Below, piece by piece: positions 18,414 to 27,548 of a DNA stretch of 37,430 nucleotides. The stretch covers positions 1-37,430 of IMG/VR virus record IMGVR_UViG_3300033562_002112; one strand, given 5' to 3'. Position 1 is the first letter of the stretch. Every line of letters begins with the position of its first letter. This DNA is from a virus. Lineage: Duplodnaviria; Caudoviricetes. A model generated the notes under the pieces. It saw only the letters and a list, made by a program, of their open reading frames with translations. It did not search any database and was not told the DNA's origin. The translations under genes were made by a program, and so were the position numbers.

Positions 18414-21400
18414 ATGTACAAAAACATAGCAAATAATTTATCAACAAATATATTTGAAACACAAACAGGAGTTTTAAATATTGCTCCTACAAAAATTTCT
18501 GGACAATATAAAATAGTTGTTGATTTAAAAAACAATCTATGGTTGGATGATTATACTGGAAGAAGAACAATAATCGATAAAACTCGAGATTTTTTGCCAC
18601 AAGTTGCTAATTTTTTAAAAGTTAATACTTTTTTGAATGATACTACACAATTAAAATATGGTGGATTTCAAAAAAGTACAAAAAAATATTGGCACATACC
18701 CCTATATCTCGGTACTACAGACAAATTTTCATTACCAAAATATTTTGTTTTAAGTCGTGTTGTAAATGAAACAATAGATAATATTAATTCAATTTATAAA
18801 TATGGCAAAATAACAAATGTTATAGATTTAGAAAAAATCGGATTACATAATATTTTTCAACAAATATTAAAAGAAAAATATTTCAATTTCCCTGTGTATT
18901 TCAATTGGCAAGATAATAATATCAAAATCTATGGATATTCAATAGATAAAGATATACCAGCTACACATACTTTCGATATTGTTGATTCACAAGCAAATCA
19001 AACAGATTTATCATTATTTAATAGCTTAATATTAAACAGTTTTGCAAAACAAAATATGTTTTTCCCGTGTTTTATAAATATTGAATTTGAATTTGAATAT
19101 TCCAATGAAGATATTATTTTCAATAATTTTTATGGTTTTTTGTCTTTTCAAAATGAAATAGAAATATCACAATTAAATGAAAATAGTTTTAATATTAAAT
19201 TACAAGATTATATTGACGATAAAATAATTTGGAAACAAGAATATCCAAATACCAATACTGTTTTGAACAAATATATTGATATGTTTGGTGGTGGGTCTAT
19301 TCGCAATATATCTAATAAATTACCTCAATTTTCTTTAAAAACTTCAAGACTTTTAGTTGATGATAATATTTCCATATATCACCCAAATGGTGAAATAGAA
19401 TTTAGTTATACCGTTTTATTATCGGATATAAAAACAACATTATATGAAAGTTTAGTTGGTATTTGTAATAAAGCTACAATAGAATCAAAACGAAAATTTT
19501 TATTTTCTGTTGAAGAATTATCTCAAAATTTTTGTAAAATAACAATAATTTTGAATTTTATTGACAGTTTTAGTGACGAATATCTTGTCACTTATCCGAA
19601 TTATTTTTTAGTCAATGATAGATTTTATTTAGCATCAAATTATAATAATTTCAGGGGAATAACAGATAATGATATATGGTTGCCTGGACAACCAGATTTA
19701 TTAAAAGGAATAAATGAAATATCAATAAACAATGTTTTTTATTCAATATTGGATAAATTTCAATACAATAACCAAACAATAATTAGACTTAATAAACCTA
19801 CAAATATAAATCAGGTAGAAGAATGTAAAATTTTTAACAATAAATTTGAAAAATTATTAAAACTGACGCCTATTCAGTTTTTAAGTTTCAATTCAGATTT
19901 AAGTAATTATTTACCATGTGAACAAAAAAAATATGTGGATGATCTAATAACAAAATTTGGAGAAAATAATGCCATAAAATTATTTGCAAAAACAGAAATT
20001 GAACAATTAAATCAATATGTTACTGAAGAACTAAATGTTGTTACTGATATTAATAATGTAAAAACTTCTGACAATAATACTGATATTTGTTTATCAATGT
20101 TTTTTAATTCTATCGGTCAAACAAGTTATATAACTCCAGATATATTAAATATCGATAAAAGATTTCATGTACAAAACGGAAGTTTAGATGCTGATCAACT
20201 TGATTCAGATATTTTGCGATATAATTGGTTTTTAATTAATGGCAAATGTCCTGATTATTTAAAAAATGATATTCGTTCTTTAAGATATTTCAATATTAAT
20301 GAAAAACCAAAATTAACTTCTCGAATAATAAAAATTTCAGATGAATTATGCGAAACAATATTTCTTGGAGTAAAATATCAATTTCCAATAAAATATGCTA
20401 ATTTTAGTTTTGCCACATATATAAATTTCAATACCAAAAGTGATGAGGAAATGCATTATAATTTTGTTATTGATAAAAATCAAAAAACTATTTATTTGGT
20501 AGTAAATAAATATTTGGATTTTGTTGATTTATTACGTGGGGGAAATGATACAAACGAACCTTTATTAGATTTGAGTTTCTTTTATTTAGTTGATAATTCA
20601 TTTAATGAAGAATCAGAATATATTGGCGATTTCAAAACCAGTATATTAAAATTATGCGATGAATTTAAACCAAATGATCCCCCAATATATTTTGAAGGTA
20701 TTAGGGTTAATGATTGGAAATATTTTAATCCAGTAAATAATAAATGGTATATCGCAATCAGAAATCAAGTCAGTAATGACCCTGAAAAAATTAATGATTT
20801 ACGCTTTTTATTTTCCAAATCAACTGCAGATAATATTTTTCATGTTTATTCAAGTATTACTATTGATGGTATTGTTTATTCATACCCTTCAATTATGGTT
20901 AATGTTAAAAATATTGTATTTGTAGATAAAGCATATTTATGGTGTGAAGATGTATCGATTAAATTTTTCGATACACAAGAATTTTTTATTAAAAAATTTA
21001 ATGAACTTACACAAAAAGAAGATATTTTCTTAATTAATAAAGAAAATATATTAAGTTATGAACCAGCAGGAAATAATATTTTTGGAGATTATGAACAAAT
21101 AACAACAATTGTTCAAGATGCTACAAATCAACAATTCAAATTATTACTTCCAGCAAATTCAATATCATTAAAAGAAAATTATTTTGAAATTAATCAATCA
21201 ATAACCAAAGATGATTATGGTACAAAAATACCGGAAAAACGCTTATTTACTTTTCCTGAATGTACATTAGGATTGACTGAAGAAGAAATGATCAATTTAT
21301 TTGATGATCAACTTATTGATTTATCAGTTCCTTCAAATAAAATAACTTTATTCAATAGAAATCAAATTTGGAGAGTAATTCAGGATTTGTTTAAAGTTGA

Positions 21401-22127
21401 TTTAAAATTCAAATTTTTATCAAAAGAAATGATAAGATTAATTATCAATAAATTCATGATAACTAATTTAATCGATTTTAGTGATGTAAATTCATTACCT
21501 ATTACATTTACAAATGAAAATTTTGGCGAACCGGAATATTTAAAAATCAAAATAAATAGTATTGATAAAAATATTGTTGTTTGGAATAAACCAACACAAG
21601 ATATACTTATTTTGATTAATCGGTTTAGAACATGTTATTTACCATATTTACCGAATGTTGAAAATGAAATTGAATTTCAATTACCAAAATATAAACAAAA
21701 TAATAGATTGTTTAATATTTATGATAAAGATTTTGGTGGTAATGGAATTTCAGCAACAGGATTGTGGCAAGAAGTACACGGAAATTTAATTTCATCATTT
21801 TTTTGTCAAGAAAATGATATAAATATAACAATTCCTTTTGAGAATACAGTTGATTACAAACAATTATTGATAAATAATTTTATCAATATTAATAAAATAA
21901 TAATAACTAATAATAACAGAGAATATATCAAAAAAATAAATGCCAACATAAATGAATATATACTTGATATTTATGCGATATATTTACTAAAAACATTTTA
22001 TAGTTTTGTAGATGTAACGAATGAATTAAATCAACGAGTTATTTATAATGTTGATCAACAGAATACGTATTTGGTTAAATTTTATCGCAAAACGGAAAGT
22101 TTAACATTTAATTTTAAACGAAAATAA
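18414..22127 (+). CDS. Large hypothetical protein (1237 aa), probably structural
   Basis: Long uninterrupted ORF in the structural operon; no recognisable catalytic motif. Confidence 0.65.
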   Translation: MYKNIANNLSTNIFETQTGVLNIAPTKISGQYKIVVDLKNNLWLDDYTGRRTIIDKTRDFLPQVANFLKVNTFLNDTTQLKYGGFQKSTKKYWHIPLYLGTTDKFSLPKYFVLSRVVNETIDNINSIYKYGKITNVIDLEKIGLHNIFQQILKEKYFNFPVYFNWQDNNIKIYGYSIDKDIPATHTFDIVDSQANQTDLSLFNSLILNSFAKQNMFFPCFINIEFEFEYSNEDIIFNNFYGFLSFQNEIEISQLNENSFNIKLQDYIDDKIIWKQEYPNTNTVLNKYIDMFGGGSIRNISNKLPQFSLKTSRLLVDDNISIYHPNGEIEFSYTVLLSDIKTTLYESLVGICNKATIESKRKFLFSVEELSQNFCKITIILNFIDSFSDEYLVTYPNYFLVNDRFYLASNYNNFRGITDNDIWLPGQPDLLKGINEISINNVFYSILDKFQYNNQTIIRLNKPTNINQVEECKIFNNKFEKLLKLTPIQFLSFNSDLSNYLPCEQKKYVDDLITKFGENNAIKLFAKTEIEQLNQYVTEELNVVTDINNVKTSDNNTDICLSMFFNSIGQTSYITPDILNIDKRFHVQNGSLDADQLDSDILRYNWFLINGKCPDYLKNDIRSLRYFNINEKPKLTSRIIKISDELCETIFLGVKYQFPIKYANFSFATYINFNTKSDEEMHYNFVIDKNQKTIYLVVNKYLDFVDLLRGGNDTNEPLLDLSFFYLVDNSFNEESEYIGDFKTSILKLCDEFKPNDPPIYFEGIRVNDWKYFNPVNNKWYIAIRNQVSNDPEKINDLRFLFSKSTADNIFHVYSSITIDGIVYSYPSIMVNVKNIVFVDKAYLWCEDVSIKFFDTQEFFIKKFNELTQKEDIFLINKENILSYEPAGNNIFGDYEQITTIVQDATNQQFKLLLPANSISLKENYFEINQSITKDDYGTKIPEKRLFTFPECTLGLTEEEMINLFDDQLIDLSVPSNKITLFNRNQIWRVIQDLFKVDLKFKFLSKEMIRLIINKFMITNLIDFSDVNSLPITFTNENFGEPEYLKIKINSIDKNIVVWNKPTQDILILINRFRTCYLPYLPNVENEIEFQLPKYKQNNRLFNIYDKDFGGNGISATGLWQEVHGNLISSFFCQENDINITIPFENTVDYKQLLINNFININKIIITNNNREYIKKINANINEYILDIYAIYLLKTFYSFVDVTNELNQRVIYNVDQQNTYLVKFYRKTESLTFNFKRK

Positions 22128-22130
22128 ATT

Positions 22131-24995
22131 ATGGGCTCAATTCTCGATACTTTAAAAAAAATTGGATATGTAAATCTTGAACAATTTGTTGAAGATATAA
22201 ATCATAATTTTGCTGTTGTACAAAATTCTCCACTTTATAAAGGTATACCTGGTATAGAGGGAGATGAAGGTAATGAGGGATTACGTGGAAGTAGAGGTAG
22301 TCAATTTATTTTCGTAAATTTCGTCAATTTTCAAGCACAATTTCCAAATGAATTAATTAATTCATCTGATATTAATTTGAATTATATTAATGTCAAATTA
22401 TTAAATTTTGCAGATAAACAAAAATTATTGATTGCTTTAGATATATTGGAATTAGTTGATAAAGACACAATTGTCTTGACAAATTCCACTATGTTAAATT
22501 ATAACATTATTTCGAATACATTTTTAAATACAGGAATTGCTTTTAATGCACAAACAAATTTACTTTCATCTATTGAAAGTCAAATAGAACAATATGTCCA
22601 ATATTACATAAACAATAATTCAACAATTTTAGGTTTATCAAATCTTTTCAGCACTTTTTCCACATATGCAAAAAATTATGCAGATACATCAAATGTTTAT
22701 ATAACTAATCAACAATTAGAATCAAGTGTTTATGTACCATATTATCCAGGAGTAACATCTGATTTAAATGGTACTTTAGTTAATCATAGGTATTTTGGAT
22801 TTACTGATCAAGAATTTCCAAGAACAGGAAATGGTTCAATTGTTTTTGGTTCAATAAAAAAATATATTGATTTATTGTTTGCAACTGTTAGTTTATCTGA
22901 CGGCGTTACTTTAACAAGCGATTATGCACCGGGAATGAATAATATTCCAGCAGCAATAATTTTACAAGATACATCAAATGCCGGTTTAATGATTGGAAGA
23001 AAAATAAAATCCAATTTGCGGACATTTGCGCATATATATAAAAATTCACTTGATGAGTTAGTTATAAAATCTGATTCTGGACCAGAACCTATAGATAATA
23101 AACCTTCAGTAGATTTTTCCAAACTAATAATTGGAAAAACTCGAATGAAATATGATAAAATATTTGATTTGAACGGAGATTTAAATTTGAATGAAAATTT
23201 AAATTTATTAGGTAAGTTCACAAGTCCATTTATCAGAACTGATGGAAAAACTTTAATTGAAATTGGATTAGAAGATTCTAATTCCGAATATAAAAATTTA
23301 AGTAATGAAATTAATTTTACAAAATATTTATCAAGAGTTTTAGTAACAAAAGCTAATGGGGTTTTAAGTAAAGATTATTCTTTGGAAGAAATGCCTTTAG
23401 TTGCTAATGAAGAACAAGGATTTGTTCCAATAACTCGTATACCAAATGATCCAAATAAAATAGTAACATCAAGATATATAGGATTTTTGATGCGAAAAAT
23501 AAATAATATGGTTCAAAGTAATGGTGGAGATTATTATAAAATTCTTGATTTCCGAAATGGAAATATTCCCGAATTATTATTAAGCAATAGTTTGACAGTT
23601 GGTGATAATGTTTATTTGGGAGGAAATATTGCCAGCAATATGTTGCGAGTTTCTTCTTCAAATAATAATGTTACTATTGGTAAAAATTCTACTTCCATAG
23701 CAACATTAATTGGAAATCTTACATTATCAAATTACATAGCTAAGGTTTTAGTTACAGATCATGAAGGTAAAATATCTTCAGCTTTTTCAATGGAATCTGT
23801 TACTATGAATCCATTGCAAGAAGTAGGGTTGAATCAAATAACAGATATTCCAACAAGCAGACAAAACATAGTATCTTCATATTATTTGGGATTTTTAATG
23901 CGAAAAATCAATAATATTATGACTTCTCTTGGCAACGGTGGAGGTGGTGGTAATATTTCGGGGGATTTTTATACAATAGCTAATTTTCAAACTGGGGTAA
24001 TTCCTATATTGGTTTTATCAGATTATTTAACAGTCAGGGGGAATGCTTCTTTTGGTGGATTTTCTGAAAATGTAAGTTTATTATCTGTAAATATATCGAA
24101 TAATAAAGTTAGTATTGGAAAAAATTCAATTAGTTTAACAGAAGTTAAAGGAGATTTAACTTTAACTAAATTACCAAACAAAGTATTAGTTACAGATAGT
24201 ACTGGTAAAATAAGGGAAAATTGTGTTTTAACAGCTGAAACATCAGGAGGAACAGTACCAAATAGTTACGCGGTTGTACCAGCAAGTACATTAGATTTAG
24301 AAAATTTAATACCAATTAATATTGGAACCAGGTCAAATACAGATATTCTTACAGGAAGCCAAAATATTTGGATTATTTCTGTTATAAATGCTATAAAAGT
24401 TCGTTTAAAAAATACTTTCAATAGAACCGAAAGTGACGCAAGATATATGCAATCAAAAAGTAATTTGAATGATCTTGAAAATAAAGCAACATCAAGATTA
24501 AATCTTGATGTTTATTCCAAAACGGAAGCAGATGCAAGATTTCAAATGAAAATAAATAATTTGTCAGAAATTCCAGATATAGACGAAGCAAGAACTAATC
24601 TTGATGTATTATCTAAAAGTGAAGTTCCAATAACAATTGGACAAAGATTAGTTTTTTATGCTAAAATTAATGGTTATACGGGAGTTATAAGCAATACGAA
24701 AAATTTATTAACATCAGGATTTTCTCCATATTTTGAAAAACAAAATGATGGAAATTACAAAATTTATTTCAAAAATTTAGCAAATGAAGTTTTGGAATTA
24801 AGTAACAAATATGTATTGGCAAATTCTCTTGATGGTGGTATTTCTGGATCATTAGTTGGAATCAGAAAATGTATGATTGAAACAATGATTACTCCTATTG
24901 CCAAAGCAAATGGACAAATAAATATAGTCGGGGCAGCAGGAACTGTTTCAGAAGATTTAATCTTTGAAATTTTCATACATGAATTTTACATTTAA
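22131..24995 (+). CDS. Fibre-like structural protein with collagen-like segment and internal repeats (954 aa)
   Basis: GIPGIEGDEGNEGLRGSRGS, a duplicated module of about 136-146 aa, and NLNDL...SRLNLDVYSKTEADAR / NLSEI...ARTNLDVLSKSEV tail-fibre repeats. Confidence 0.7.
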   Translation: MGSILDTLKKIGYVNLEQFVEDINHNFAVVQNSPLYKGIPGIEGDEGNEGLRGSRGSQFIFVNFVNFQAQFPNELINSSDINLNYINVKLLNFADKQKLLIALDILELVDKDTIVLTNSTMLNYNIISNTFLNTGIAFNAQTNLLSSIESQIEQYVQYYINNNSTILGLSNLFSTFSTYAKNYADTSNVYITNQQLESSVYVPYYPGVTSDLNGTLVNHRYFGFTDQEFPRTGNGSIVFGSIKKYIDLLFATVSLSDGVTLTSDYAPGMNNIPAAIILQDTSNAGLMIGRKIKSNLRTFAHIYKNSLDELVIKSDSGPEPIDNKPSVDFSKLIIGKTRMKYDKIFDLNGDLNLNENLNLLGKFTSPFIRTDGKTLIEIGLEDSNSEYKNLSNEINFTKYLSRVLVTKANGVLSKDYSLEEMPLVANEEQGFVPITRIPNDPNKIVTSRYIGFLMRKINNMVQSNGGDYYKILDFRNGNIPELLLSNSLTVGDNVYLGGNIASNMLRVSSSNNNVTIGKNSTSIATLIGNLTLSNYIAKVLVTDHEGKISSAFSMESVTMNPLQEVGLNQITDIPTSRQNIVSSYYLGFLMRKINNIMTSLGNGGGGGNISGDFYTIANFQTGVIPILVLSDYLTVRGNASFGGFSENVSLLSVNISNNKVSIGKNSISLTEVKGDLTLTKLPNKVLVTDSTGKIRENCVLTAETSGGTVPNSYAVVPASTLDLENLIPINIGTRSNTDILTGSQNIWIISVINAIKVRLKNTFNRTESDARYMQSKSNLNDLENKATSRLNLDVYSKTEADARFQMKINNLSEIPDIDEARTNLDVLSKSEVPITIGQRLVFYAKINGYTGVISNTKNLLTSGFSPYFEKQNDGNYKIYFKNLANEVLELSNKYVLANSLDGGISGSLVGIRKCMIETMITPIAKANGQINIVGAAGTVSEDLIFEIFIHEFYI
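23337..24215 (+). repeat. Tandem protein module, two full copies plus the start of a third
   Basis: VLVT anchors at 23337, 23745 and 24183 (408 and 438 nt apart). GFLMRKINN is conserved at 23481 and 23889 with near-identical DNA; IGKNS occurs in both copies. Confidence 0.9.
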
Positions 24996-24998
24996 AAT

Positions 24999-26738
24999 AT
25001 GATAAGTCTTGATGATAAAAAAGCGAGGGTTTTTGAAAATACAGTAATTTATTTTCAAAAACCTATCGAAAATTTGGATATACAAAAATTGGAAGTAATT
25101 ATTTCTGGAAATGAAAATAATTATTTTCAACTTTTGTATAATTATTCATACGATAAGATTAATTATTCCGAATTTGTTTTGAAACCTAATTTTTTAAATC
25201 CAGATAACTTATCCATACCATGTTATATTTCGATTTTATTGAAAAGAAATGAAATCACAGATTTACAAAAACCATTAACATTATACCAAACTAAAAACGT
25301 TAATTCTTCTTCAAGTATAATACTTGAATCTATTTCGTATAATGATGAGTTATTAAATATTTTTGATGAATCTGAATGTAAATCATCTACAACATATGAA
25401 ATAATTAATCAATTTCCGAAATGGAATTTTTATGATAATCAAAACATAACAATAAATAGATGGTTACAACAATGTAATTCTATTGCTGAAATGTATGGGC
25501 ATACTTGTATTTATTTCAAAACTGAACCAATAGAAAGTGAAACAATTCATACTTTTAAAAATCATGTTTTTCGTAATGTCGTAAATGTCAAAAAATTGCA
25601 CATAATTCCTCCTGGAAATGAATTTCCTCAAGACAGAGTAGTATTTTCGGAATGGGACCAGGCATTACAAGATGATTTTATAATACATATTGTTGTCGAT
25701 AAATTTGAACAAGCTTTTGGAGAAAATAAAATTCCAATAGAAAAAGATTATCTTTTTATTCCATTATTAAATAAATTATTTCGTGTTGCGACATCGCAAC
25801 CAAAAAATAGTTTTATGGGTAAAATTGGTTGGTGGGAAGTTTTTTTATCAAAATTTGAAGAAGACGAAACAGTTTTAATAGATCCGGCATTAAAAACATC
25901 AATGGAATTAAATGGTTTATTTAATGAAGAATTAGATTCAATGGATATTTTTGATAATTCCTTAAGTTCAGAAATATTTAATGAATTAACAACATTTGAA
26001 AATGATACTGTTGAAACCAAAGAAAAAAATGATTTTTTAACTGTTGAAGAAAAAAAACAAGTTAATCAGAATTATACGAACAAATTAACAGATTCAATAC
26101 ATTATGTTTCTTTAAAAGAAACAGAAAAATTAAGAGAATTTTATGATAATCGTTTAAAATTAGTTTCTGTTAATCCAGACAGTAATTCATTTCCAATAAC
26201 AATGTATGATAATTCAGCTGTTCCAAAAAGAGTAATGGCAATGCAATATGTTTTAGGTGATTATTCAACCAAAAATAAATTTTCATTAAATGTTATTGAG
26301 GGATTTCAATTATCATTTAATTATGTTTTGTTAACTAAATTTGTTGGTGAACTTTTCGATATAATATCAAATAATGTTGTTTTATTTACACTTTCAATTT
26401 CTCGAAATAAAATAGAAATAATTGATAATAGAAATGGATTAGTAAATAATTTTTTAGTTGATTTTGGATTAAATATTAATGAAATTTATAATATCGTTTT
26501 GGAATATAATTTGTCAATAAATCAATTGGCAATTAAAATTTTCTCGTTAAAAAACAAAGAAAAAAACTTAGAATATCAAAACATATATATAAATGAACAA
26601 GTTATAATACCCTTTTTGATAACACACATACAAATGTTTGGTGGAAATTATTATTCTAATGAAATAATTTTTAAAATTAACAAAAATGTTATTCTCAAAG
26701 ATTATACAAATCCATTACTTTTGATGAAAAATATTTAA
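24999..26738 (+). CDS. Neck / head-closure protein (T4 gp14-like core) with N- and C-terminal extensions
   Basis: SIAEMYGHTCIYFK and KFEQAFGENKIPIEKDYLFIPLLNKLFRV match the gp14 motifs (IxxYGxxxxY; PxEGDLIYFPLxxKLFEI). Confidence 0.75.
   Translation: MISLDDKKARVFENTVIYFQKPIENLDIQKLEVIISGNENNYFQLLYNYSYDKINYSEFVLKPNFLNPDNLSIPCYISILLKRNEITDLQKPLTLYQTKNVNSSSSIILESISYNDELLNIFDESECKSSTTYEIINQFPKWNFYDNQNITINRWLQQCNSIAEMYGHTCIYFKTEPIESETIHTFKNHVFRNVVNVKKLHIIPPGNEFPQDRVVFSEWDQALQDDFIIHIVVDKFEQAFGENKIPIEKDYLFIPLLNKLFRVATSQPKNSFMGKIGWWEVFLSKFEEDETVLIDPALKTSMELNGLFNEELDSMDIFDNSLSSEIFNELTTFENDTVETKEKNDFLTVEEKKQVNQNYTNKLTDSIHYVSLKETEKLREFYDNRLKLVSVNPDSNSFPITMYDNSAVPKRVMAMQYVLGDYSTKNKFSLNVIEGFQLSFNYVLLTKFVGELFDIISNNVVLFTLSISRNKIEIIDNRNGLVNNFLVDFGLNINEIYNIVLEYNLSINQLAIKIFSLKNKEKNLEYQNIYINEQVIIPFLITHIQMFGGNYYSNEIIFKINKNVILKDYTNPLLLMKNI
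25024..25068 (+). promoter_or_regulatory. Intragenic hairpin, 15 bp + 3 bp, 8-nt loop
   Basis: CGA-GGGTTTTTGAAAATA-CAGTAATT-TATTTTCAAAAACCT-A-TCG; starts 25 nt into the 24999 CDS. Confidence 0.7.
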
Positions 26739-26808
26739 AATAATATAATCCCAAAGGATTAAAATAATAAGGTTGCTAAATTTTTTACAAACAACTTAAA
26801 ACATAAAA

Positions 26809-27510
26809 GTGGACAATAATTTCGAAAAAGAAAAAGAATCAGATGAAATTTTCATACTCGATGATAATGATATTTCAGATGATAGTGTTGAAATTCTTTC
26901 AGAATCTGATGATATTACTAATGATTTTTCAGAAGTTCTGCATTTAACACAATATAATGATTCGATGCTTCCAGAATCAAAAAATGATTTTGTGATAGCT
27001 GAGTATGATAATATTAAAGTTGTTGAATTAGAAAAACAACATTCATTAACAGCACAAAAATTTGTTGGAAAAATAACGAAATTTGTTCTTGAATTTAATG
27101 ATGTCATATTAACAGAGGATCATAAAAATTATATTAAACAAGTTTCAAAACTTCAATTACAACATTTAAGTGATTTATTATACTTAACTGATGTAAATAA
27201 AAAAATGTTGAATAATATTATTGCGCGAGTTAATGCAACACAAGCAGAAGATTATGCCATTTTAAATTCATATAATAATTTGGCAAATCAACATTTAAAA
27301 TTAATAAAAGAGTTGCAAAATACATATAAATCAATACCTTCAGTGTTGAAAAAAATGAAAGCAGATATTTTATGCAATCAAGAACTTGAAGGAAATTTAG
27401 ATGATGATGAAGTTGTAACTTCCGATTATGGCGAAACGCAATATAATAATCAAAAACAATTATTGCGTAATCTTATTGAAAAAAAGAAAACAGATAACTC
27501 TGAAAAATAA
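26809..27510 (+). CDS. Helical protein, candidate terminase small subunit (T4 gp16-like); GTG start
   Basis: Acidic N-terminus followed by two long helices (LSDLLYLTDVNKKMLNNIIARV...YAILNSYNNLANQHLKLIKELQ...LKKMK). Lies between gp14-like and sheath genes. Function is an inference. Confidence 0.4.
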   Translation: MDNNFEKEKESDEIFILDDNDISDDSVEILSESDDITNDFSEVLHLTQYNDSMLPESKNDFVIAEYDNIKVVELEKQHSLTAQKFVGKITKFVLEFNDVILTEDHKNYIKQVSKLQLQHLSDLLYLTDVNKKMLNNIIARVNATQAEDYAILNSYNNLANQHLKLIKELQNTYKSIPSVLKKMKADILCNQELEGNLDDDEVVTSDYGETQYNNQKQLLRNLIEKKKTDNSEK

Positions 27511-27548
27511 ATCAATTATCAACAAACATATTAAACATACCAAAAATT

